Positions 9,847 through 20,108 of a stretch of 64,000 bases of DNA are shown in pieces. The notes beneath the pieces are model-generated. The model ran no database searches. It was given only the letters and a program-made list of their open reading frames with translations, and was not told where the DNA came from. The first letter of the stretch is position 1; every line of letters starts with the position of its first letter. The DNA comes from Iphione sp. A-MEVVRFRX5. Lineage: Eukaryota. The translations under genes and the position numbers were made by a program. The stretch spans positions 23,374,001 to 23,438,000 of the forward strand of contig OZ320321.1 of NCBI GenBank assembly GCA_976226885.1, in the 5' to 3' direction.

Positions 9847-10977
9847 GTAATTGTTTTTTTCATTAACTGATTGATTTTTTTTGGAGATAAAAATTCAGAC
9901 TCTTGTTAAGAAAGAAATATATAACAAATTTTTTGGAAAAAAAAAGAATTACTAATCTCTTATTAAGAAAGAAGAATTACTAATAGGAAAAATTTTTTTG
10001 GGTGTCCAGTTTGAGTGAGAACTCTGCGGACCAGATTTATTTGCAGCTATCCCTGACGTGTGTAACGAAGGATGGAGAGACAGCCAGATTTGCAGCTATC
10101 CCTGACGTGTGTAACGAAGGATGGAGAGCCAGGCCCTTGAAGATGTTCTTTATTTTTTCAAGCACGAAAAAAAACAAGAAGCGAAAGATAATTCAGGTGA
10201 TAATTTTTTTCAGCTTTCAACTAACATGTTAAGAAAAAAACAGACGTTAATTTATCTACTTTGAAACTAAATATAATTTGATTTACTCAGTTATTAAAAA
10301 TTCTTGAATAAGTAGTTACACAACCTTATTCCAAAAAAAAATTGACTGAAATAATAAAAGGACAGTTGACTTAGAAAATATTTTTTTTTCCAGAACAAAT
10401 GATGTTTGTGCTCAAGTGACGATGTCGACAACGATGCTGAATAGAAGACTGGTCAACAGCTCGCTCTTTTCCACATTAGTTTCAGATAGAGGTAGTTTTT
10501 TCAGTTTGAAACATTTTTTTCTTTTTGAAATTTTTTTTCTTTTGTTATTTCATTGTGTTCTCAACATTTTTTTGTTTCTTAGGACATTTGTAGACTTATC
10601 AGAAAAAAAGAAATAACATTTTTTTTCATAGGTTTTTTTATTGAAGAGAAATCAAAACTAAGATTTTTTTTCAAGCAAGTCTAAACAATCAGTATGTACT
10701 GTTAAAATACAGATGATTATTTGTAAAAGGAAACAAACAAGTAAGAACAAATCAGCACATATGATTCAAGAAATAAGGAAGAAAAACTACTCTAGTTCAT
10801 TTAGATAGATAGATAGATGACTAATGATCTTACTCATTGAACATGAAAGCAAGACGCATGTTAAACTTTTTCTTGTCATTGAACGTGCACACTTTGACGT
10901 GTAATGATTCTAGACATAGGAAAACTTTCTTCTAATCAGCGCACACAGAAGACTTTTGAATAAACGTTTTTTCGTCT

Positions 10978-12050
10978 CTAAAGCCTTGATAATTCTTCAT
11001 ATTCCTTTTCATGTTCCACAACAATGTAATCCTTCTCATGATCTTTTGCTTCATTCAAAACAGTTTCACAGAGCAATGTATCTATTTCAAGGTCGATCTT
11101 AGGATCAGAGCAATGGTAGTAATCTAACATATACTTAGACGCTTCCATGAGTCTCAGTGCACTAATTCTAATGTGTGCAGCATGCAACTGGTCTGCATCA
11201 GGCTCTCTTCCAGAAAAGATACAACCTTCAATGTGATTTTGGGCGTCTTCGTTAAACAGACAACCTTCACAAAACTCTTTTATTCTTTTTTTATATTCCA
11301 GCAATAAAAGATAAGCATAACATCTTTGTACAAACTGATTCAATGTTAGTTCAACAGATGGAAGTGAAATGTATTCTGGAATTTCACCGTCCTGAACACT
11401 AGCTTGAGCCTCTTTTATACAAGTCTCTTCTTCAAGATACACATCACACACATTACGCACTGTTCCGGTAAGACAAGTTACCAATTGATATGAAAACCGT
11501 TTGGCAGAGAGGTTTTGTAATGTCTTTCTTCTCTTCATCGGTGAAGTCGCCACAGACTTTCTCTTCGTGGGTGATGAGGATGAATCTGGGGTGGTATTCA
11601 CTTTCCTCTTATGGAGAATTTCACAGATGGACTCGAACTCACTGACCAGCAGGTTGAATGAATCATAACTAAAAAACAAAACCAACAAATTTAAAAAATA
11701 ATATTGAATTCACTATGAAAGAGGAAATTTACTAGCGCACTCATTCCTGACCTGTGGAAAAAACAGACACAACAATTTCTTACTCACTTTACACGTTCGC
11801 CGTCATCATCAAGCCTGGTGAAACAGATATAGTATTTGTTATGAAATTGTTTCCGTTCAATGCTCCAATGCTTTTGCGAATTATCCACCTTGATAACTTT
11901 CCCCTTGAAAATTTGAGACTGCTTCTCTTTCGCAATATGAAAGAGACCAAGATGAATTTCCAATTGTCTGATGCCAGTTTCCTTTCTTCGTTCAAGATTC
12001 AAGAAAGGTTCAGCAACCTCGATATAGATTTGTGGTGAAATCTTCTCCAT
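10978..12050 (-). CDS. Hypothetical Polinton accessory protein, two exons (12050-11788, 11668-10978), with a CEGC...QNH...C putative Zn-binding motif
   Basis: GTGAGT donor at 11787 and TTTTTTAG acceptor at 11669 join ORF 11784-12113 to ORF 10978-11688 in frame (AA+T = Asn); TATATAAAG at 12145-12137 upstream of the ATG. Confidence 0.65.
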
Positions 12051-12941
12051 GTTGAAATTCGTGAAATCAGTGCTGGAAAACTGATGCTGTGATGGGAAAG
12101 CTGGACTGAACAATGATGACGGAAAGTCAGAAGCAACTTTATATAGTACTAGGGGTAGAGCTTTTCACTATCTTTACGCGGGAAAAAGAGACCAATCGAA
12201 AACTTTTAAGGGGGACTCTAACCCGATATCTGGCATGATTTCACTATTCAGTGAAACAGGTCCTTAAACGAATTACACCTGACTCCATTTTCATTGGAAA
12301 GAAAATAGGTGGGTGAATCACCTTTTCGTGATTGAACCTGACCTGTCAACCTGATTTTAATAATCAGAGATTACTCTTGAACTGATTTGATAGCTTTATT
12401 GAGAACAGTGACGTTTAGAATTTTACAAATAAAAAAAAAGACTGTTTTCTTATAATTCTTCGCTTTTATTGAAAAAATTATATGAAATTATATGAAATAT
12501 ATATTCTTTCTTAAAACGTTAAACGTCCATCAGTAGAGATTGAGAAAATCAGGTGATGAATGAGAGCACCAGAAATCAGGAAGCACCATTTCCATCATTC
12601 ATTCTGAAAAAAAAAGAATTTGTCTTCATGAATATCATTTTTTAAACTAGCGAAAAAAGATACAGAAAAAAAATTTGATGGAAAAAATTTGAGAAAAAAA
12701 AGAATTTTAAATTTCGAACTGGGAATGAAAATTACCTGAAACATGAGTGTGGTGATGAAGCAATTTTTTCCCTCAGTGATTTTTTCCGTTAGATTCGATG
12801 GCGAATAAATCATAGGTTCCATCATCCCTGTAATAGAATTGATTTGGTGTTAAAACATATTAACACTTTTCAAACACAGATGAAAGATTATAAATGTTTA
12901 ATTTTTTTTCAATTACATTGTAAAATAAATTCAAAGTAGAA

Positions 12942-13610
12942 TCACCTTTTTATTTCCCGAAGAACTTTTTTAGGATCTGGAGATGAAAAGAGATCCATCA
13001 TAGCCTGCTCTACGTAAATATTCCACTCCATATGAACACTTCGGTCGATGATTCCATAAACAAATCGACCAGATTCATTCACACACACATCTTCTTTAAT
13101 TTTTGATATAAGATGTTTTGGAATGGGGAGTTTTTTTAGATTCTGAATTACTTTTGACATTTTCGTAAACTCAGTATGCCATGGATGAATTACACTCCAA
13201 TCAAATGCAGCATCTTCGCTTTCTGAATCGGATTCTTCTGAATTTTCAACCATCCACATCTGTCCCACCACAGAGAGAGCAGAAAGATGGAATAAGCTCA
13301 ACTTTTGATGAAACATAGCCTTGCGCATTTTTCTCATGCTATACAGAAAAAGACTCATAATTTCAAGCAGTCTGTCATCAAGTTCCTTGAGTTCTTGCTC
13401 AATGTATTGGTCTGGTGAAATTACAACAACTAAATCATTTCTCCCCTCTTCTCGTAAAAAGTCATCCAATGTAAAGGGAATCCGCTTAAAACGATTTTCT
13501 ATGTGTGAAAGAAAGATAGTTGGTTCAGTCCTTTCTTCGCTTTCAATGAAGGGATCGTAAGCAGTAAGCTTATAGTTCTTTCCAACTCGAAGAGTTTGAA
13601 GAAGCTCCAT
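12942..13610 (-). CDS. Hypothetical protein (222 aa) with an acidic SEESDSESED patch
   Basis: Long uninterrupted ORF with complex composition inside the Maverick; no recognisable domain. Confidence 0.65.
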   Translation of the reverse strand: MELLQTLRVGKNYKLTAYDPFIESEERTEPTIFLSHIENRFKRIPFTLDDFLREEGRNDLVVVISPDQYIEQELKELDDRLLEIMSLFLYSMRKMRKAMFHQKLSLFHLSALSVVGQMWMVENSEESDSESEDAAFDWSVIHPWHTEFTKMSKVIQNLKKLPIPKHLISKIKEDVCVNESGRFVYGIIDRSVHMEWNIYVEQAMMDLFSSPDPKKVLREIKR

Positions 13611-13793
13611 GATGAACCAATAGATGGAAAAACTGAAAAAAGGGACAAAAAACTATTAAAATTAAACTTTAAAAAAATATTCACAATTGCAAAAAAAAAA
13701 AAAAAAAAAGAGAAATGAATTATGAATACAACTTACCACTTTCTCGATCCGATGATAAGTCACTAGTGATGGAACGACAGCTGACAAATTCAA

Positions 13794-14019
13794 GGCGCCC
13801 TCTATTAATACAGGTTAACAAAGAGACAGAAATAGGCGCCATCTATTATCTTAAAAGCTGGTTAACATTGGTTCAGAAATAGGTGCGCCATCTAACTTTT
13901 TTCGTTAATGATTCATTCAAAGAAGGCGCCATCTTTTATCTATTTGAGAACTGAACAACAATATTAGTTAAGATTCGTCATTATTCAATATATTTTAGTT
14001 AAGATTCGTCATTATTCAA
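13794..14019 (-). promoter_or_regulatory. Putative promoter: 3-4 copies of GGCGCCATCT (AGATGGCGCC on minus, YY1-like) plus a 25-bp direct repeat
   Basis: Copies near 13794, 13835, 13885 and 13925; TTAGTTAAGATTCGTCATTATTCAA at 13964-13988 and 13995-14019; lies upstream of minus-strand gene 13610. Confidence 0.4.
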
Positions 14020-14159
14020 ACTATTAAGATCATTCTTTTTCAATTAAACAAGATATATTTTAAATAAAAAAGACAACACTTTTTTCAATTATTGCATTTT
14101 ATTTCATCATAAACATTGAAAAATATTTCGTTTGACATAAACATTTTTTTTTTTGCATC

Positions 14160-14702
14160 TCAAACAAAAGAATCCTTTAGTTCTTTAACACTCTTAGCAA
14201 CTTTGATTATATCACGTAGCACAGTAACAAAGAATTCTCTTTGACGCGTCGGTTTAGATAATGAAGAATTAAAAGCACATTCTGGTGCAAACTTCAAATG
14301 TTCAATGTGTGGAGTATCCGAAGACTCCCAGGAATGAAGACAAAGTCCGCAATGAAAGCATTGTACAGTTCCTGCTCCTATATAGAAGAAACCACTCTGA
14401 ACCAGTTCTTCTATGTCAATCAAACCGCTCCATCCTGCGAACGTCTGACGGCGAACCTCTTTATCTTTGAACTTGGGAAATGCTGGTACATTGCAACGTG
14501 ATTTCGGATTAACATACAATGGTCGAATGGTTGCTGTGTTCCTTTCCAACGAACAAGCAAAAGGTCTGTTACCGCTCGGTACAAACCCGGAATCAGTCTC
14601 AATACACCCGGAATCAGTCTCAATACACCCGGAATCGGACTCAATACATGAATCAGCTTGAATAGATCCATCGACAGCGGAATAATCTCTCTCCTCAGAC
14701 AT
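14160..14702 (-). CDS. Single-BIR inhibitor-of-apoptosis (IAP)-like protein, no RING
   Basis: RRQTF..W...GFFYIG..VQCFHC-x16-H-x6-C gives exact BIR Zn-ligand spacing; likely start MSEERDY at 14702; TATAAAAG at 14803-14796. Confidence 0.92.
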   Translation of the reverse strand: MSEERDYSAVDGSIQADSCIESDSGCIETDSGCIETDSGFVPSGNRPFACSLERNTATIRPLYVNPKSRCNVPAFPKFKDKEVRRQTFAGWSGLIDIEELVQSGFFYIGAGTVQCFHCGLCLHSWESSDTPHIEHLKFAPECAFNSSLSKPTRQREFFVTVLRDIIKVAKSVKELKDSFV

Positions 14703-14870
14703 TGTAAATGAATAAAATCGTGAAGATGAAGAAAAAACTGCTTTTCTCTCCAACCTCTGTGAAACGAATGTGCTAAATCTGACACAATTGTATGACTTTT
14801 ATAGTCTGGACATAGGAGAAACGATATTACACAATAGCTAGAAACAAATTTACTTCCAATAAAATGAATA

Positions 14871-14943
14871 TACCTAGACACGGGTTCGAACCGTGAACCT
14901 TCAGAACTTCAGTCTGACGCTCTCCCAATTGAGCTATCTAGGT
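14871..14943 (-). tRNA. tRNA-Phe (anticodon GAA) encoded inside the Maverick
   Basis: ACCTAGA-TA-GCTC-AATTGGGA-GAGC-G-TCAGA-CTGAAGT-TCTGA-AGGTT-CACGG-TTCGAAC-CCGTG-TCTAGGT-A: 73 nt, all four stems fully Watson-Crick paired, A and B boxes intact, GAA at 14910-14908, TTTT Pol III terminator 7 nt downstream (14864-14861). Confidence 0.9.
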
Positions 14944-15176
14944 TCTGTTTCATTTTTTCAAACATACAAGCCATACACAAATTAGAAAACATTTTCCTGA
15001 TTTCGTTCAAACTGGCTGATACACGTATTGCAACACTTCGTATCAACATGCTAACTGAAATACGAATTGCACCACATTGTAACAAAAAATGAAACACATA
15101 TTGCTCCACGAATTTGCTTTACTTCGTCACTGAGATATGTATTGCATTACTTCATAGGCAAGCAATGACAAAAGCA

Positions 15177-15360
15177 GGCTGACAGGTGTTGCAATACTTC
15201 GTAAGCAGCCAATCACAGAACAAGCTGACAGGTGTTGCAATACTTCGTAAGCATCCAATCATCGAACAGGCTGACAGGTGTTGCAATACTTTGAAACCAA
15301 CCAATCACAGAACAGGCTGATCGGTGTTGCAATACTTTGAAAGCAACCAATCACAGAACA
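15177..15360. repeat. Subterminal tandem array, 46-bp unit x4 (GGCTGACAGGTGTTGCAATACTTCGTAAGCAGCCAATCACAGAACA) with degenerate flanking copies
   Basis: Units start at 15177, 15223, 15269 and 15315; probably part of the Maverick terminal inverted repeat. Confidence 0.9.
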
Positions 15361-16560
15361 GATTGATTGCATAACTTTGAAAACGACGAATCACAGACTG
15401 TGACGTCACAGAGGTCACGGCTCAGCCAATCAGGAGAAACTTTTCGCGACCCCTTACCCCACTATACTACTACTCACTACCTGCGTTTTCCTGGAAAATT
15501 TGCAAAAGCACACGTTAAGCTGAGATGAAACAATCTTCCCGAGCAATTTGTCATCTTCTCATAGTAGACCCCTCAGATCTAAGGCTTCATAATTAAGAAG
15601 ACTTGAGTTTCACAATATCGTGTCATACACAACCCCAGCATGAAAAGTGCTTTCGCTGCAGTTTAGAGCGTTTGACACCCAAACCCCTATTGTGCGGACC
15701 ATGAGAGGACTTCAAAGGCCACTGCTTTTAACTTTTTCCACAAAGCAAACGTAGTTTTGAAACTGATTGAACACATAGATGCTTTGAACCCATATTCTGT
15801 TCCTGTACTCTGTCCTTTTTTATGAGATAGTAGGAAGGGTGTAACGTACTCAAGCTGCTTGTTTAACTGATCATCGCATGATCAGATTTAAGTGGGTGGA
15901 TGATATAAAGGTACTCGAGATACAGGTAGCATGCTTGCACCATCTGTGTGCTGGGATGTGGACCTGGATGGGGATACTGAAGTCTGCGGCACAATATTTT
16001 GTTGTCATAGGCATGAGTAAGGTTTTCTGCACTGTACTTTTTGTAGGGTTAGTTTGTGTGTATGACTGACTTTGTCCAAGCTAACAAACTCTAAACGAAA
16101 CGAGTTCAATTCGGTGAGATGCGGTGTTTACACGTGTCCCTGTGTGATGAGACCTATTCCTGCATGTGCACAAGCATCTATGTGGTAAAATATGTCTAAG
16201 TTTTGTCAGTTATATTATTATATCCAATAGTACAGCGCATAGCCACGTCAAATTCCATACGTTTTATCAGTGGTATGATCTTGTGGTCAGATATCTGTGC
16301 CTGTATATTGACTTATGTTGCAGGGTGCTGCCAGATTGCCCCCCCTGTCATGAATATGTATGTATACATCAGATAAGATGCCATTGGAGCAATGATCCTC
16401 ATCGCAAGATGCACTTCTCCCGAATCCTTTTTATTAACAACTGAAAACATGTCGCTATGTACAGTCATTCAAACCATGTATAAACGGTCTTGTGCTCTTA
16501 ACTTTGTGGGCATTTCTGGCGGTTGTACTAGATCATTTAGCCACTTTTATAATATATATA

Positions 16561-16737
16561 CAGTACAAATCCTATTTGAGACCATCCCTTGGGTCCGACC
16601 AAAAGGGATCGTATTAGTGAGTTTGGTTGCAGATCAATGATTGGTAATTATAGTACTAAATACTTCTGTCCCAGTTAAAATGGTTGGACATTGAATTTGG
16701 TCAGAAATTGATGTGGTCATAAATAGGGTTTTGACTG
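16561..16737. mobile_element. TA-flanked MITE (Tc1/mariner-pogo type)
   Basis: CAGTACAAATCCTATTTGAGACC ... GGTCATAAATAGGGTTTTGACTG imperfect TIRs, TA on both sides. Confidence 0.6.
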
Positions 16738-17039
16738 TATTACTATGTTGACCAGTAGTACAATATTACTTTAAATGTTGTAGAGCAATTTTCGATCTAG
16801 TGTGAGGTAGACCCAACACCTTCAGGAAAAGAACATGCAATACATGAATTTCCTTCTCAACCAAGTACCGGAGTTTGCTATGGCTTTGGCTATATTTGGA
16901 ATACACTCAATAACCGAAGTTCCTTGGAAACTGAACTAAATTAAAGAGCACACAAATCCTTAATGACTATGAGGGGTGTGCTTACCCAAACGCCAAATGC
17001 AAGTGCCTTTCTGCTGTTTCATCCACACTTTATGAGAAA

Positions 17040-18635
17040 GTGTTCTCCTGGTTCTCTAGGATTCATTCTGTCAACGTGTCAGTGTCGGGGCCCATGCTAT
17101 GTACCAGAGCGAAAGCAGTAGCTAAGGAACTTGGCATGAATGATTTTAAGGCATCCTCTGGATGGCTGACCAGGTTCAAGAAGCGCCATTGCATTGGTGC
17201 CTTCAAGGTTGTGGGCAAACGTGCTGCCATCAACGAGGCAGCAGTGGAGACGTGGCTTGAGAAACTACCCACGGTCCTGAAGGGCTACTCACCAAGGGAC
17301 ATTTTCAATGTGGATGAGTCTGGTCTCTTCTATTAAGCACTGCCAGATCATACCCTTAGTGTCAGGGGGTCCAACGTCTCAGCCCACAAGAAATCTAAGG
17401 AGCGGATCACTGCTATGTTCTGTGTTAACGCCTTGGAGAATTCCAAAAGACTCTGGTAATCAGCAAAGTGGCTAAGCCCAGGTGTTAGTAGAACGTGAAG
17501 GATCTGAATTCACTCCCTGTCGTATGGCGAAGTAACAAAGGGGCGTGGATGACGACAGTCCTATTCGAAGAGTGGCTGCAGGGATTTAACAGAAAGATGT
17601 GTGCTCAGGGTCATCAGGTCTGCCTGATAATGGATAACGCCCCATCACACCTAGGAGGCTTGAAATTATCCAATGTCAAGGTTGTCTTTCTTCCACCAAA
17701 TGCCACTTCTGTTCTCCAGCCCTTGGACCAAGGAATAATTCAAGCAGTGAAACTCCAGTACAGGAAATCATTCCTGGAATATGTTGTGTCCAGGCTTGAT
17801 GAACAAGACCCCAAGGCAGCAGTGGCTTTGGTGGACATGCAGCTAGTGGTCAACTGGCTGAATGCTGCTGTGAAGTCAGTGAAGCCCACCATTGTGGAGG
17901 GCTGCTTCATTAGGTCTGGTATCAGACCAGTTCCAGATGATGAGGATAAACTGACATCCCCACCACAGCTTGATGATGAACCTCTTCTGACATTGCTCCA
18001 AAAGATCCAAGAGGGCATTCCAGATGAATCCAGGATGACATCTGATGAATACCAGGCCATGGATGAAGATGTCCCGACTGAAAGTCCTGATGAAGAAGAC
18101 TGGGCAGAGGATGAGAAGGAGGAGCAGGAAGAGGTGGAGGTGGAGGTGGAGGTGGAGAAGTCTGAGATCACAGACTCAGAAGTCCAGGAGATGTTCCAGA
18201 AACTGAAGAAACATTTCCTAGTCAAAGGAGACATGGACTGTATTGACTTATTGGCTCCCTTGCAGCAGTGCCATGCATCCAAATCCATTGCCAGGAAAGT
18301 TGTTCAACCCACCATATCAAGTTTCTTCAAGAAGTAAATTCTCTGTTGTGATGTATTTTTTGTGTGCTGAATATTTATTTATTGCTGAATAAAATATCTA
18401 AACTAATGCTGGTATTGTGCTTTGGTCAGTTTAGCATTTGTAGAGAGAGAGGGAGAAAGGGATTTCATTTTCTAGTTTGACCCCTCCTTACGTCTGTACA
18501 TGTATATCATTTGTAGAGAGAGAGAGAGAAAGGGATTTCATTTTCTAGTTTGACCCCGTCTCCAATGTGGACGTGCCTCTAATACGGATGATTTGAAGCA
18601 GAACGGAGGGTGTCTTGAATGGAGAGAGTGTACTG
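17040..18635 (+). pseudogene. Decayed pogo/Tigger-like DD30D transposon, 5' truncated
   Basis: CENP-B-type HTH (GPML...A..LG..DFKASSGWL.RFKKRH), FNVDESGLFY, MDNAPSH-x-QPLDQG with 30 residues between the last two Asp. Stop at 17334, frameshift near 17430, TAG TAG before 17495; acidic C-terminus; candidate right TIR ending GTACTG-TA at 18635. Confidence 0.88.
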
Positions 18636-19747
18636 TATATAAGTTTTGACTTGTGTTCCGACTCATCTTCAGGTTCCACTTCATTAAGTGTCTTGTATAT
18701 AATAATATTGTATATATAATATTGTATATATAATATTGCTAAGAATGAGCTCATTGTGTAACTTTGTGACTAAGTTTAGAGCCATACTTTGCATTGAGAG
18801 TCACCCAGCAGACAGCCTGTATTAGGAGTGAACCAGGTATTCTTGCATGCACCTTGTTCATTCCCTTTGGGACCACAGACATCCTTATCTGAGACCGGCT
18901 CGCATCATACTATTTTGTGGCATGTCATGAGGAGTATAACAGGGGAAAGTTGAAAATACAAGTGGAAAACTGGAATAGTATAGATATAAAGAGAGATATT
19001 TAAGTTAAGTTGTAAGATAAACAATATATACAGTCATAAGTTCAAGTGCAAACCACAAGAAACCTGGAGTGTTAATTTTCTCTCTGCTTTACATTCTGTT
19101 GCTTTCCGCGTGTAAGAAATTCTGATTGAAAGAAAATGTATACAATGTATACTCAAAACTGAACTTACCCATGCATCATTTGAGCATACTAGACACAAAA
19201 ACAAATTTATAGATAATGTTATACCTTTCTCAGTAGAAGAGATACGTGTCTAGAAAAAGTTCACTGTTGAATTATGCTGATTAAATACAAACAGAACGTG
19301 TAGAAGGTTAACAAATTATATTACTTATTAACCAAAGAACAAAATAAACATTCTTTCAAGAAATTAAAAATGGCACTTCTTCGTTGAACAAAAATTTGAA
19401 GAAAAAAGAACAAGTAAATTTGCACAAAGGATCAGGAAAGAAGAAAGAGAACAAAAGAATATAACTGATAAATAGGCCAATTCTCTTGTCCCGGTTGTTT
19501 ACCAACTTCATGGATTTTATCAAAACCCTCCGAGTATCATGTGACATCTTTTCTCAATGATGATATTGCCCTCATTTGTTGCCGAAACGACTCTTGATGT
19601 GCTAAAGAGCAAGGTGCAAGCATGTTTCTGACTCCATCTATTGTGCCGCCAACTCAAAAACGATGCAGACCTATGCGAGCAAAACAAGGTGTGTCCGGTT
19701 TGACTAGTGCTGCCCTGTTAGCAATATCCCCGATCTGAAGCAAAGTA

Positions 19748-19925
19748 CAGTGGAACCCCCCTACTAAGAACACCCTCTATAAAGGACACCTCATATTATA
19801 TACAGGCTAGAAACAGAACTAAGTCTATATATTCATGTTCAAATTCCCCTGCTATTAAGGACACCTCACTTTATGGATAGCGTACGATCAGTGCCTTTGC
19901 TGTCCATAGTAATAAGGTTCCACTA
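19748..19925. mobile_element. TA-flanked MITE (CAGTGGAACC...GGTTCCACT)
   Basis: Terminal inverted repeats; related copy at 57901-58075. Confidence 0.7.
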
Positions 19926-19933
19926 TATATGTA

Positions 19934-20108
19934 TAGTGTCCTCTCGGTTTGAAACCACCTCTCTAATCAGACCACCTCCCTAATAAGACCACTTTTCAGG
20001 AACAAAATTATATAGATGTATAAAAATACCCTTCTCTAATAAGATCACTCCCTATTCAGACCACTTGATGTAAGAACCAACGGTGGTCTTATTAGCGAGG
20101 GGACACTA
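19934..20108. mobile_element. TA-flanked MITE (TAGTGTCC...GGACACTA) with internal GACCAC repeats
   Basis: Terminal inverted repeats, directly adjacent to the previous MITE. Confidence 0.6.

Larger units (their letters stand above)
1..15474 (+). mobile_element. Maverick/Polinton (adintovirus-like endogenous virus), distal ~15.5 kb; left part with pPolB/ATPase presumably upstream of the window
   Basis: Co-linear c-integrase, penton, double-jelly-roll capsid and adenain ORFs; subterminal tandem repeats; ends in ...CCCCACTATACTACTACT at 15474 (Polintons end in CT, often in (ACT)n). The next 6 bp (CACTAC, 15475-15480) are the candidate TSD, but the other end is not visible. Confidence 0.93.

Noticed and set aside
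12595-12825. Small spliced minus-strand gene (donor 12735, acceptor 12604)
   Set aside because: Splice signals look real, but the product would be only 32 aa with no recognisable features; not supportable as a CDS.
14871-14943. tRNA-derived SINE head
   Set aside because: Intact 3' acceptor strand, immediate T4 terminator, no SINE body or tail, and no second copy in the window. A genome-wide search is still needed.
15177-15360. Regularly spaced repeats resembling a CRISPR array
   Set aside because: Head-to-tail 46-bp tandem units with no unique spacers, eukaryotic context, no cas genes.
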